Shown: positions 27,680-49,124 of the stretch, one piece after another
How positions within the stretch are numbered: the first letter of the stretch is position 1
How the letters are laid out: each line of letters starts with the position of its first letter
Assembly: GCF_009914755.1 (NCBI RefSeq)
Contig: NC_060928.1
Strand: one strand, 5' to 3'
From: the human T2T-CHM13v2.0 reference genome, Homo sapiens
DNA: 64,000 bases
Program-made: the position numbers and the translations under genes
The notes under the pieces: generated by a model
Told to the model about the DNA's origin: nothing
The model's database searches: none
What the model saw: only the letters and a program-made list of their open reading frames with translations

Positions 27680-27800
27680 CTTGGAACTAGTGCTGGATTT
27701 TCCCTATTAGCTGTGTGACTTCAGGCAAATTACTTAACCTTATCTGGCTCACGTCTCTCATCTGAGAGGATAAGGATGGAAAACTAAGGTGCCTTCCAGA
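27680..27800 (+). mobile_element. MIR SINE
   Basis: tagctgtgtgacttcaggcaaattacttaacc. Confidence 0.8.
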
Positions 27801-29964
27801 CAAGTGTTTTCTCCTGAGTAACCTCAGTACCCAGGCCTTGCTGCTTCTGCCTTGAGGCACATTTCCACATACATCACATTCAACTAATAAAAGTTCCACA
27901 TTCCAAATGCACTAAAATGTATTTTTACTCAAGTTTCTGAAGGCAAAGGGAAGTACATTGCATGACACAGAGTAAATGCTCTAGAATTTCTCTTTGCTAC
28001 ATTCTGTCCTCCAAATATCCCCTCTCTGACCCATATTTTACTGCCAAAACTCTTTCTCCTCAAACCTACCTTTAATGATTCAGCATTGGCTTTTGTTGTA
28101 ACATGCTCTCTCACTGCACCCTTCCACATTCAGCTGTATGTTATGTAGATCAATTTAGTCTCTTTAGATTTCAATCAATTATTTTTATGAATTATTCCAA
28201 TCGGCCCCACAGAACTAAGTAAGAAAACATTTATAACTTAATTCTTTTCCTTTTATCTGTATGAAATTTTAAAGTTTGCCAACAATTCTCTGTGTCCCAA
28301 TTCTGGTACAATCATGTATAACATTGAACATAATCCTAAGGAATATCCTTGAAAAGAGACTCGTAGCTTTGGCAGTACCAAGAGCAGCATTACTGCCAGA
28401 CACAAAATGTGTAATTAAAACAGAATGACACAATGCTTTTTTCTTTTAATCAAAAATGTGGTTGTTTGAAGAACGCATTGCAGAGCTCAAATCTTGGCTA
28501 AGAAATAGAAAATAATAAATGAGTTAGAGCTATCCTTTCTTCCATTTGCAGGAGATTCTTCCATTATGTTTGTGCTCAAAATAAGATACAATCTTCTTAA
28601 TGAAATTGCTTTTTGAAATAAGTTGCAAAATTTGTTACCAAATACCACAATAAATGAATTACAAATACTTTCAGAAATAATCTTCCCATCATTTTTGGCT
28701 ATTTTTGTTTTTACTTATTTATGTTTATTAGATAAGAACTATTTAATTGTTGCTACATGTACTCAGAGATACAGTCTTAAAATAAGGAACTCCAATGATA
28801 TGGAAAAACTCAATTGACTAAAAGTCATTCATTTATTATTTCAGAGAATAAGACACTGAAATGATACAGAGACTTACCTAAAGCAAAGATTGAAATGCTA
28901 GTATTTCACATTTTACCCTTGCTGGCCAACCTTGCTAAAAAAACAACAGTAGGTGTAATACAAGTTTCAAAGATCTTTTCAAGACGTTTGACATTTCTAG
29001 GCATTATAGTTGAATTTACAAACTTACCAAAATTACTTCTCAATCATCATGGGCCCAAATAGCTATCATATTATTTTTATCAACTCAGGTATACAGTGGC
29101 TTGTCCTTCAGTAAATTAAGAAGGCATTTATAGACTTTTCTAAATGGAATACTATTTTTGCTCTATGTCCACAATTTCACACTTTCAAAACAAGAAGTTT
29201 TGGTCCAATATAAGCCCATTAAAAAAAAACAAAACAAGAAGTCATGCCTTTCTCCCACATAATTGTGGCTTACTAACTAGAAAAATACATACACACACGT
29301 ATATGCACACACAAGTTATAAGTGCCTAACTACGAGTTTTCTGACCCTTGTTCTCTGGTAGTATGTTGCTTTTTTCTCACAGTTTTTTTTATATATTTCA
29401 GTAGAAATAACCAACCATAAGAAAAATGTCACATAGCTTTACCAGCATGCCAATTCTGATATCTGGTACTCTCAGGGCTCCAGTTAAGTGAAACCATTTT
29501 TACTCACAGCTCCTCACAAGGAGATAGCTTTAGAAGGCTGGGACTTGTGCAGCGTGACTTAGCTCTCTGTTGGCCAAACCAGAAACAGGCACTTAATTCA
29601 AGTTCAACAATAATCTATAGATTGTTGTCCAGCAACACATGATGTTGCCTGCTAAAACAAGGTAAGCTTAATTAAGCTGATTTTCTCTGGAATGTCTGCT
29701 TGGAAAGAACTGAGTAATAGATGGAGCTAAAGCTGAACAGATGTATACACATGATCAAGAAGGTATAATCCGGGCTTAGATGCAGAAATCAAATCTGAGA
29801 ATGAAGAATTACAGAAAGCCAAATTCATGAGCACACAGAAGTTATGAGATACAGAAAAGTTGAATAAAGGAAGAAGAGTAAATACTGAGTCAGAAGCAAA
29901 GGAAATACCGAAAAAAGAATAACAGAGTTAATGCTTTGACACTAGATAGAAGGTATATGCCCAC

Positions 29965-30545
29965 TCCTATTTGGAGTACCGCAAAAGCATCCTAATTGTT
30001 GCCCTGTCAGGCTAGCTCACTAGGATCCACTTATTCTCCTACAATAGCCAGTGTAGGCTTTTAAATTAAGCATCATTTCACTTGGCACCCTTGCTTGAAA
30101 TCCTCCAACATCTTCGCATTTTACTGAGAATACAATCTAAGGTCCTGTAAGAGCTACCCAGTTCCTCCTGCTCCAGCCCATCTTGTACCATTCTCTCTTT
30201 CTTCTCGCTTAACATCTGTATTTTAAACATTTTTGTCTCCAAATCTTCTCTGTATTCAGAGCTCTGATCAAATGTCAGCCCTTCTCAGAGGACTTCCCAA
30301 ACCACCCATTCTAAGGTACTGTTAGGTACCACTGCTACCCCCCTAAACCCTCTACCACTCACTTATACATAACCTAGTTGTATTCTCTTTTTAGCACTTG
30401 TCACTAGCTGCAGTTCTCTTATATGTTTACCAGTTAAGGTTTTCAGCCTTTCGCCTCCTAGGAAATGTAGGCAAAGACCTTGTCTATATTCCCAGTGCTT
30501 AGAACATAGTAGTAACTAAGTAAAATGCTTAAGAAAGGAATGATG
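29965..30545 (+). mobile_element. L2 3' region
   Basis: ttgcttgaaatcctccaa; tcaaatgtcagcccttctcagagg; cccagtgcttagaacatagtag. Confidence 0.75.
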
Positions 30546-32404
30546 AAAAGATAAAAGGAGAAGAGGATGAAAAGAGGGAGGTAGGAAGAAATGAAGGGAG
30601 AATGGGAGGAAGGAGGAAATATAATCCCTCTTAAAGAAATCTAGAGTGCTGTTTGGGGTCTCTTTCTTATTGTAGATACTGCTTTTCCTCCATGAGACCT
30701 TGAATTTTCTATAATTCTGCAGTTCTGCTTTGTCTGTGTCCTGATAGTCTATGTTTTCCTGGTCATCTGATGAACCTAGAGCTTAATAAATTTGTACTTA
30801 TATGAAGTAGCTTGCATATATTTCAATTCCTCCTTAATAACAGAAGGAAGAAAATCTTATAAGAGTAGCAGTAATGGCAGAGAAAAACTGACCATTTAAG
30901 GATACGGCAGTTCTACTTATTTCTTCACTGATAAAAAACGCAGAAAAAGTTTAAATAATTTTATTTGGTTCTAGTTTCTATTATATCCTACAAATTATTT
31001 CATCAAATGTTTCTAAGAACAAGCAAAACTGTATTATAATCTTACTACCCATGGAATATTACTGATAATGCTTTTTGCATGCATTTTAAATAAATGTTAA
31101 GTCACAATGGCTGCAATTATTTATAACTTGATTTTTTACTTATTAACATATCAGCAATATTCCCATGTATTTATTTTCCTATATGCTTCTTTTTATGCCT
31201 ATAGTTTATTTTATACAATGTGAATGATGTCATGTGGCTTACCATTATGTTTTTCCTTTAGATTATGTTGAAATTTTCACAAGTATAAATAATACTGAGA
31301 TGAACTTTTACAAAATTAGATTTTTATATACATCCATAATTTTTCCTTGGGATCAATTCAATGAATTATACTTTGCCATGTATTTTAATGTCATCTGAGT
31401 CACAATCATATAACTTTAAAATAACAAAAATTCAACAATCAAAATTCAATTGAATTACGTTCCTTGTTAAAAAATGGGTAAGAAATAATATTTGTAGGCA
31501 TCATGAAATAGCTGACTCTTTTCTTTTCTTTACACTACTGTAGCATAGTGCAGATATAATGACCAGTTTAGATAGCAGAGGAGAAAGATACGGCCTCAAA
31601 CTATGCACACAGGGAACATTAACAGGACTTTAATGAGCCTTTCTTAATTGTCTGGGTTTCAAAAGAACAAAACCTATAGTGAGAAAAGAAATATAAAGTA
31701 AAATTGCCAATCAAATGACAGATTGGCAGAATTCTCATTTACAATCATAGAAGCCATTAAGGTTTGCCTATCAACACCCATTAAATACAATTTTCTAAAA
31801 AATTCTGAACGTTCCCAGTGACTTGAGATCAGTGTTTACGTTCCTTCAATTACAACCAGACAAACCAGGGGAAAGGAAGGGGAGAATAGGTACAGAAAGA
31901 ATATGTCCTTTCCATCCATTTTTTAAATTAGCCCGCAGTTTGAAATCCACTGAAGAACTGCCTCACATGCTGAAGGGATGAGGATAGGCCTTTCTTAATC
32001 AGGGATGACACAAAATCAAGACATTTCAGAGCAATACCTGCAGGAAAGGATAAGTATTCTGACAACGTCAATGTCTGCAAACATCCTCTAATGCCACCAG
32101 GTAAAAAATAATCACCATCAGCAGTATCCAATGCTTATTCAGCAAGCCATGGACCTAAATGACCCTCACTCAGATTTCTGCTGTAAGATTTACAGAGATA
32201 AAGAAGCTGAAATTCAGCTTAAAAAGAAAAGTCACTAAAAAAGACGACTCAAAATCAGATATATGATCACTAATAATCAATGGTGTCCAAACTGCCAAAC
32301 AGCAGGCAGTCGGTATGCATCCTATATTTATCGTTTCAGAACTTGCCATAGTGTTGTGAAAAGCATTTTGAAGGACATAGAAACTGTATGTATATAATTA
32401 ATTC

Positions 32405-32600
32405 TAATGGTGTGGTAAAGCCAGTGCCACAGCACATCTTGACTGGCTCTTCCTAACTCTATTTCTTTAGTGAAACCACAATGGTAGCTGGAAATTGGTC
32501 ATGATGGAAGTATTTACATGAAAATTTCCAAACACTACATATTAGGACTCTCCTTCCCATAATGCCAATTGTTAATGTATTAGTACAACCTTGGAATCCT
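32405..32600. mobile_element. MER63-type hAT element
   Basis: ggtagctggaaattggtcatgatggaagtatttaca...caaacactaca. Confidence 0.6.
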
Positions 32601-32729
32601 AATTGTATTTTTGTGGATTATATATTCACATATACAAACTCTCCTGATGGATAAAGTCTACAATAAAAGAATTAGTCATGGGCTATGTTGGTTAGTGATG
32701 TTAATATTAGGTACAGAAAACACATTTTT

Positions 32730-33030
32730 GGCTGGGTGCGGTGGCTCACACCTGGAATCCCAGCACTTTGGGAGGACAAGGAAGGCGGATTATTTGAGGT
32801 CTGGAGTTGGAGACCAGCCTGACCAACATGGTGAAACCCCATCTCTACTAAAAATACAAAAAAATTAGCTGGGCATGGTAGTGCACGCCTGTAATACCAG
32901 CTACTCGAGAGGCTGGGCAGATGAATCACTTGAACCCGGGAGGTGGAGGTTGCAGTTAGCCAAGATCATGTCACTGCGCTCCAACCTGGGCAACAGAGCA
33001 AGACTCTGTCTGAAAAAACAACAACAACAA
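32730..33030 (+). mobile_element. AluS element
   Basis: Full dimer with (CAA)n tail; TSD aaaacacattttt at 32717-32729 and 33031-33043. Confidence 0.97.
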
Positions 33031-34883
33031 AAAACACATTTTTAATACAGACTCCAGTGTCAGCCAAAGAAGCAACTTGATTTTTGCTTAAGCACGTTGT
33101 CTACTGGGACGATAATTTGCAAATACACTTTTTATGATCATATAATTTTATCGAGGTGTATTTTACATAATGTAAAATGCACATATCCTAATACAGCTCC
33201 ATGAGTTTTAACAGATGTATAACTCATGTAACTTACAATAAAATCAAGGCACAGATAATTCCTATCACCTCTGAATGTTCTTGTGTTTCTTTTCCAGTCA
33301 AGAACCAAACTCATCCTACTCTTTGCTCAGGCAACCGTAGTCTGATTTCTGACATTATAGATTTAGCTTTATTTATTCTAGGACACCATCTAAAAGGGAT
33401 ATTATAATGAGTACATCTTTGTGTCTGACTTCTTTCACTCAGAATAATACTTCGAAACTCATTCTTGCTTGTTAACAGAAATAAGACTTATTCTTGTTTT
33501 TTAAAGATTAATCTTTTTATTTGCAAGTAATTTTAAATTTACAGAAAAGTAAAAAGAATTAGAGTAATACCACAAACAACTTTATGCCTATTAGCCAGAT
33601 TTCTGTATCTGTTTTACCATTTACATGTGCTCTCTCTCTCTTGTTTTATACGTGCATATATACACACACATACATACACATGCATACATAGTTATTCATA
33701 TATGTAAATATCTCCATATATACATTTTTATATAATAAATAGAAATTTTTTGAAACATTTGAAGAGTTACATGCATCATGGCACTTTACCAATATATATT
33801 CAGCATGCTACTTAAAAATAGATTTTCCCTTAGAAAATCTCATTACATTTTTCAACTAAAGTAACTTTGTTCTCAGCAAGATTTTTTAATAAACTACACC
33901 ATATTCTCATTTTTTCAATAGACCCGGTAATGCTCTCTAAGCTATCCTTTTCTCCTATACACAGTCCATTCTAGAATCAGACTTATTTTTCATTGCAGAG
34001 GAGTATTTTTTTGTATGATTTAAATTGTTTATTTATGTATTCTTTGGGAGATATTTGGGTTGTGTCAAGTCTAAGGCTATTATAAATAAAGCTGTTGTAA
34101 ACATTTTTGGCCACATTCTTTTGAGGACATGAGATATCATTCCCTTAGAAAAATAACTAGCAATAAAATTGTTGAGTCATAGGATAGATGTTTTAACTTT
34201 TTAAGAATTACTACACAGTTTTCTAAAGTACTTGCGCAATTTTACAGACTCCAAAAATAAATGAGCATTCCAGTTGCTCTATACTCTCCCAAACATTTAT
34301 CATTGTCAGTCTTTAAATTTCAACAATCTAGAAAAATGTGAACTAGAATATCTCATTGTGGCTTATTTAACACATAATGCCCTGATGACAAATAATGTTA
34401 AGCAACTTTTCACGGCTTATTGGCCATTTTTTATATTTTCTGTTGTAATAATCTGCTCAAGCTTTTTTTCCCATTCTTTTGTTGATTTTGTTTTTATTAT
34501 TGACTTGTAGATGTTCTTCATACATCATTCATGAAAGTCCTTTGTTAGTTATATATATTGTGAATATTTCCCTATTATTTGGCTTGCTTTTCTGGCAAAG
34601 ATGACTTTTTATAAAGAAAATTGATAATTTCGCAGCCAACATGACCGAATAGGAACAGCTCCAGTCTACAGCTCCCAGCGTGAGCGACGCAGAAGATGGG
34701 TGATTTCTGCATTTCCAACTGAGCTACTGGGTTCATCTCACTGGGCAGTGTCGGAAAGTGGGTGCAGGACAGTGGGTGCAGTGCACCAGGCATGAACCGA
34801 AGCAGGGCAAGGCATTGCCTCACCTGGGAAGTGCAAGGGGTCAGGGAATTCCCTTTCCTAGTCAAAGAAAGGGGTGACAGATG

Positions 34884-35078
34884 TCACCTGGAAAATCGGG
34901 TCATTCCCACCCTAATACTGTGTTTTTCCAACAGTCTTAGCAAATGGCACACCATGAGATTATATCCCATGCCTGGCTCAGAGGGTCCTATGCCCATGGA
35001 GCCTCGCTCATTGCTAGCACAGCAGTCTGAGATCAAACTGCAAGGTGGCAGGGAGGCTGGGCGAAGGGCGCCTGCCAT
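34884..35078 (-). pseudogene. L1 ORF0 reading frame, 64 codons
   Basis: MAGALRPASLPPCSLISDCCASNERGS...IRVGMTRFSR matches primate L1 ORF0; premature TGA overlaps the second splice donor. Confidence 0.8.
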
Positions 35079-35638
35079 TGCCAAGGCTTGAGTAGGTAAA
35101 CAAAGTGGCCAGGAAGCTCGATCTGGGTGGAGCCCACCGCAGCTCAAGGAGGCCTGCCTGCCTCTGTAGACTCCACCTTTGGGGCCAGGGCATAGCCAAG
35201 CAAAAGACAGCAGAAAGCTCTGCAGACTTAAATGTCCCTGTCTGACAGCTTTGAAGAGAGTAGTGGTTCTCCCAGCACACAGCTTCACATCTGAGAACTG
35301 ACAGACTGCCTCCTCAAGTGGGTAGCCTAACTGGGAGGCACCCCCTAGTAGGGGCAGACTGACACGTCATACGGCCGGGTACCCCTCTGAGACAAAAGTT
35401 CCAGAGGAATGATCAGGCAGCAACATTTGCTGTTCACCAATATCCGCTGTTCTGCAGTCTCTGCTGCTGATACCCAGGCAAACACGGTCTGGAGTGGACC
35501 TCCAGCAAACTCCAACAGACCTGCAGCTGAGGGTCCTGACTGTTAGAAGGAAAACTAACAAACAGAAAGGACATCCACACCAAAACCCCATCTGTACGTC
35601 ACCATCATCAAAGACCAACGGTAGAAAAAACCACAAAG

Positions 35639-36657
35639 ATGGGGAAAAAAACAGAGCAGAAAAACTGGAAACTCTAAAAATCAGAGCACCACTCCTCCTT
35701 CAAAGGAACACAGCTCCTCACCAGCAATGAAACAAAGCTGGACAGAGAATGACTTTGACGAGTTGAGAGAAGAAGGCTTTAGACGATCAAACTACTCTGA
35801 GCTAAAGGAGGAAGTTCAAACCCACAGCAAAGAAGTTAAAAACCTTGAAAAAAAATTAGACGAATGGCTAACTAGAACAACCAATGCAGAGAACTCCTTA
35901 AAGGACCTGATGGAGCTGAAAACCACAGCACGAGAAGTATGTGATGAATGAACAACCCTCAGTAGCCAATGCGATCAACTGGAAGAAAGGGTATCAGTGA
36001 TAGAAGATCAAATGAATGAAATGAAGTGAGAAGAGAAGTTTAGAGAAAAAAGAATAAAAAGAAATGAACAAAGCCTCCAAGAAATATGGGACTATGTGAA
36101 AAGACCAAATCTATGTCTGATTGGTGTACCTGAAAGTGAGAGGGAGAATGGAACCAAGTTGGAAAATACTCTGCAGGATATTATCCAGGAGAGCTTCCCC
36201 AATCTAGCAAGGCAAGCCAACATTCAAATTCAGGAAATACAGAGAATGCCACAAAGATACTCCTCAAGAAGAGCAACTCCAAGACACATAATTGTCAGAT
36301 TCACCAAAGTTGAAATGAAGGAAAAAATGTAAAGGGCAGCCAGAGAGAAAGGTCGGGTTACCCACAAAGGGAAGCCCATCAGACTAACAGCTGATCTCTT
36401 GGCAGAAACTCTACAAGCCAGAAGAGAGTGGGGGCCAATATTCAACATTCTTAAAGAAAGGAATTTTCAACCCAGAATTTCCTATCCAGCCAAACTAAGC
36501 TTCATAAGTGAAGGAGAAATAAAATCCTTTACAGACAAGCAAATGCTGAGAGATTTTTGTCACCACCAGGCCTGCCCTGTAAGAGCTCCTGAAGGAAGCA
36601 CTAAACATGGAAAGAAAAAACTGGTACCAGCCACTGCAAAAACATGCCAAATTGTAA
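35639..36657 (+). pseudogene. Disrupted L1 ORF1p (copy A)
   Basis: QSWTENDFDELREEGFRR and QRYSSRRATPRHIIVRF fragments with stops and frameshifts. Confidence 0.95.
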
Positions 36658-36720
36658 AGACCATCGAGGCTAGGAAGAAACTGCATCAACTAATGAGCAA
36701 GATAACCAGCTAACATCATA

Positions 36721-40548
<3,828 letters not shown>

Positions 40549-42013
40549 GCAATGAGAACACATGGACACAGGAAGGGGAACATCACACACTGGGGCCTGT
40601 TGTGGGGTGGGGGGAGGAGGGAAGAATAGCATTAGGAGATACACCTGTTAAATGATGAGTTAATGGGTGTAGCACACTAACATGTCAAATGTATACATAT
40701 GTAACAAACCTGCATGTTGTGCACATGTACCCTAAAACTTAAAGTATGATTAAAAAAAAGAAAATTTTTCATTAAGTGCCCGTTTTATTTTTCTATCTCA
40801 GAAATATTGTACTAATACAAAGTTTAGAACCTATTTTTGCTTATATAATTAGTTCTATAATCTGTCTTAATTTTGGAGAATGTTATTCAAAACAGTCAGC
40901 ATTCTTCTTTTCCCCCATAGCTATCTAGTTGTTTCAGAAACATTTGTTCACAGGGTTTCCTTTTCCCATGGTACAGTATTGGCACATTTAAAAAGCATAC
41001 TTCATCATATATTGTGGATCTATTTCTGTACCTGTATTATGTTTCATTCAACTATTTGTCTGTGCTAATGGTAATACCACACTGTCCAGATCACTGGTAA
41101 GCTTAAAGCAAGCCTTGGACTCAGATAATATATATCATCTCTTTTCTTTTTGAAGATTATTTTGTTTTTTCTTGGGCCACTTTGTTTTCCTATACATTGA
41201 AGTATCAGCTTATTCTTTAAAGAAAATTTTATTTTCTGGAAATGTGATAGGATTTTCATTGCTTCTATAGCTAAATGTGAAGTGAATTTACATCTTAAGC
41301 ATTGAGACTTCCAACTGAGTACTCTGCATATTTCTCCATTTATTTAGTGATTTTTAAATTTGTCTCAACAATGTACTGTAGTATTATATAGTACTATGAA
41401 ATGTAGCAATGCATTGTTGCTAGTATACACAAATTTAATTCTCTTTTATAAATTGATTTTATGTCATAGGAAGATGCTAAATTCAATCTTTATGCTTCTT
41501 ATTTCTTTATTTTGACTGATAAGACCTCCAGAAAAATGTTGGGGGCAGGGCATAGCTGAACAAAAGGCAGCAGAAACTTCTGCAGACTTAAACGTCCCTG
41601 TCTGGCAGCTTTGAAGAGAGTAGTGATTCTCCCAGCATGCAGCTTCAGATCTGAGAACTGACAGACTGCCTCCTCAAGTGGGTCCCTGACCCCTGAGTAG
41701 CCTAACTGGGAGGCACCTCCCAGAAGGGGCCGACTGACACCTCATATGGCCAGGTGCTCCTCTGCGACGAAGCTTACAGAGGAATGATCAGAAAGCAACA
41801 TTTGCTGTTCTGCAATATTTGCTGTTCTGCAGCCTCTGCTGGTGATACCCAGGCAAACAGGGTCTGGAGTGGGCCTCCAGCAAACTCCAACAGACCTGCA
41901 GCTGAGGATCCTGACTGTTAGAAGGAAAACTAACAAACAGAGAAGACATCCACACCAAAAACCCATCTGTACGTCACCATCATCAAAGACTAAAGGTAGA
42001 TAAACCCACAAAG

Positions 42014-43023
42014 ATGGGGAGAAACCAGAACAGAAAAGCTGAAAATTATAAAAATCAGAGGGCCTTTTCTCCTCCAAAGGAATGTCGCTCCTTGCCAGCA
42101 ACAGTACAAAGCTGGACAGTGAATGACCTTGATGAGTTGAGAGAAGGCTTCAGACGATGAGTAACAACAAACTTCTCCGAGCTTAAGGAGGATGTTCGAA
42201 CCCATCGCAAAGAAGCTAAAAACCTTGAAAAAAGATTAGACGAATGGCTAACTAGAATAAACAGCATAGAGAAGACCTTAAATGACCTGATGGACCTGAA
42301 AACCATGGCAGGAGAACTATGTGATGCATGCACAGGCTTCATTAGCTGATTCGATCAAGAGGAAGAAAGGGCATCAGTGATTGAAGATCAAATGAATGAA
42401 AAGAAGTGAGAAGAGAAGTTTAGAGAAAAAAGAGTAAAAAGAAATGAACAAAGCCTCCAAGAAATATGAAACTATGTGAAAAGACCAAATCTATGTCTAA
42501 TTGGTTTACCTGAAAGTGACAGGGAGAATGGAACCAAGTTGGAAAAAACTCTTTGGGATATTACCCAGGAGAACTTCCCCAACCTAGAAAGGCAGGCCAA
42601 CATTCAAATTCAGGAAATACAGAGAATGCCACAAAGATACTCCTCGAGAAGAGCAACTCCAAGACACATAATTGTCAGATTCACCAAAGTTGAAATGAAG
42701 GAAAAAATGCTAAGGGCAGCCAGAGAGAAAGGTCAGGTTACCCACAAAGGGAAGCCCATCAGATTAACAGCAGATTTCCTGGCAGAAACTCTATAAGCCA
42801 GAAGAGAGTGGGGGCCAATATTCAATATTCTTAAAGAATTTTCCACCCAGAATTTCCTATCCAGCCAAACTAAGCTTCATAAGTGAAGGAGAAATAAAAT
42901 CCTTTACAGACAAGCAAATGCTGAGAGATTTTTGTCACCACCAGGCCTGCCTTACTGAAGGAAGCACTAAACGTGGAAAGGAACAACTAGTACCAGCCAC
43001 TGCAAAAACATGCCAAATTGTAA
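42014..43023 (+). pseudogene. Disrupted L1 ORF1p (copy B)
   Basis: ORF 42476-42796 KRPNLCLIG...RHIIVRFTKVEMKEKML; multiple stops. Confidence 0.95.
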
Positions 43024-43086
43024 AGACCATCGATTCTAGGAAGAAACTGCATCAACTAATGAGCAAAATAACCAGCTAACATCATA

Positions 43087-46916
<3,830 letters not shown>

Positions 46917-47430
46917 ACAATGAGAACACTTGGACACAGGATTGGGAACATCACACACTGGGGCCAGTCGTGGGATGGGGGAGAGGGGGGAGGGATAGCA
47001 TTAGGAGATATACCTAAATTTAATGACGAGTTGATGGGTGCAGCACACCAACATGGCACATGTATACATATGTAACAAACCTGTACGTTGTGCACATGTA
47101 CCCTAGAACTTAAAGTATAATTTAAAAAATACAATGTGAAATCATCCTTGCCTTTTTTCTGATCTTAAGAAAAATGCATTTAAAACTTCACTATTAAAAC
47201 TGAGATCAACTATAGGTTATTGTAGATGCCTTTTTATCAGAATGAGGACATTCTGCTCTATTCCTAGATTGCTGGAAGTTTTTACTATCAATGGGTAGTA
47301 AATTTTATCAAATCTGTTAATTTTTTTTCTGTTTGCATCTACTGCAACATCCACAGTTTTTTGTTCCTTATTCTGTCAATGTGGCAAATTACATTATGTG
47401 ATTACAAATTTAATGAGTTATAAATTACTT

Positions 47431-47481
47431 TTTTCTTTTTTTGAGACAGAGTGTCCCTCTTTGGCCGAGGCTGGAATACAG
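47431..47481 (-). mobile_element. Ultra-short 5'-truncated Alu
   Basis: ttttgagacagagtgtccctctttggccgaggctgg with about 21-bp TSD aatgag(tta/gtg)taaattactttt. Confidence 0.85.
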
Positions 47482-47559
47482 AATGAGGTGTAAATTACTT
47501 TTAACAATCCACAATATAAGTGTACAATTTGCTATGCCCAAAAACAAAGAGAAGGTGGC

Positions 47560-47883
47560 AAAATTTATTAGAAAGAAATATTACATGTTGTTTTAAAGGA
47601 AAGTATGTTGACACTAGTAAAATTTTGAGGAGGAGGCAAGCTCTGAATGGTGAGTGATGGCAGTGGGTAAAGCTAGTCTTAAAGTCTCAGCAGCTTGTTT
47701 TAGTAGCTATTATATAAAACTGATTTCAGGTTATTACAAGGAATTTCAGAAGCTGGGCTTGCAGAGATAATTACATGCCTGGGGTGATGTTGTATACCTT
47801 GAGTGCTTTTTCCTCCTGGCCTCTTGATTCTGCTTCAGTTGGATATGACAAGAACGACCCAAGTCGTATGATGGACTTTCACA
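47560..47883 (-). mobile_element. ERV1 MER4-group LTR fragment
   Basis: Minus strand starts tgtgaaagt...cttgggtcgttcttgtcatatccaact...aaaaagcactcaagg. Confidence 0.6.
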
Positions 47884-49058
47884 ATGGAAATGTTGTATTT
47901 TATGATTGTGGTGGCTGTTACATGACTATACATATTTGACCAGACTAGTTGAATTGTAATTTTTAAATTTAGAGATGAATCTTTATATTTTGACTTTGAC
48001 ACCACAAACTCAAAAAGTTATTTTGTGTCTAAAGTCTTTCATTTAGCATAATGCTTTTAAGAAAATACGATCCTTCCTTATTAAATTTAATTGGTATATT
48101 TTTCAAAAATCAACTAACCATGCATGTATGGATCTATCATATTCCATTTATCTGTACTACCCTTAAACCAATGCCACACAGTCTAGATGCTAATCACCTT
48201 AGAATTAATCCTCAAATTATACAGCCTAAGTTCTTCAATTTTATTCTTCTTTAAAAAGTTATTTGGAAAGTCAAGATTTTTTACATTTTCATATTAATTT
48301 TAGCATTTGCTTGTTGACTTCTACAAAAAGTTCTGCTTGCATTTTGAATAGGATTGCTTTGAATCCATAGATCAATTTTCAGATAATTGACATGTCAATA
48401 ATATTGAGTCTTCCATTCCATAAAACTAGGAAGCTAGTTTAGTTTCTTTGTTTAGTTTTGTTTAGTTTCTTTAATTTTGTTTAGTTTCTTTAATTTCTCT
48501 CAACTTTTCTTTGTATTTTTAGTGTTACATGCACTCCTCATAATTTGTAAAATATTTCAAAAAATCCATATTTTATTCATACATAGTGTTGTTATGTTTT
48601 CTTGATGAATTGACTTATCACAATGAAACTTACCTGTTAATCTCTGCTAATGTTCTTTGTTCTGAAATTTACTTTCTCCTGTACTAATGTAAGCACTCCA
48701 GGTTCATTTTGTGTATCCTTTTCTATTCTTTACTTTCATTCAAACTGTGACTTTATATATAAAGTGAGTTTCTTGTAGGCAGCAGTTGGATTTTGCATTT
48801 TTGTATCCAATCTAACAATTTCTGCATCTTAATTGGATTTATAGATTTTTTTACAAGTAATGTAATTATTGATATGATTATATTTCAGTTTGCTCTCTTG
48901 ATATTTATTTTCTACCCATCCCGTTTGATCTTCATTATCTTTATTCTTTGTTTACTGCCTTCTTTTGGATAAATTGAGGACATAATTTTAACTCCACTGT
49001 TCACTTACTAGTAATATACCTTTTTTTTTGTTTTCAGGGAAGTTTCTAATGCTTACAT

Positions 49059-49124
49059 GATAGACAGATAGATAGATAAATAGATAGATAGATAGATAGA
49101 TGGATAGATAGATAGATAGATAGA
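49059..49124 (+). repeat. Imperfect (GATA)n tetranucleotide STR
   Basis: About 16 GATA-like units. Confidence 0.95.
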
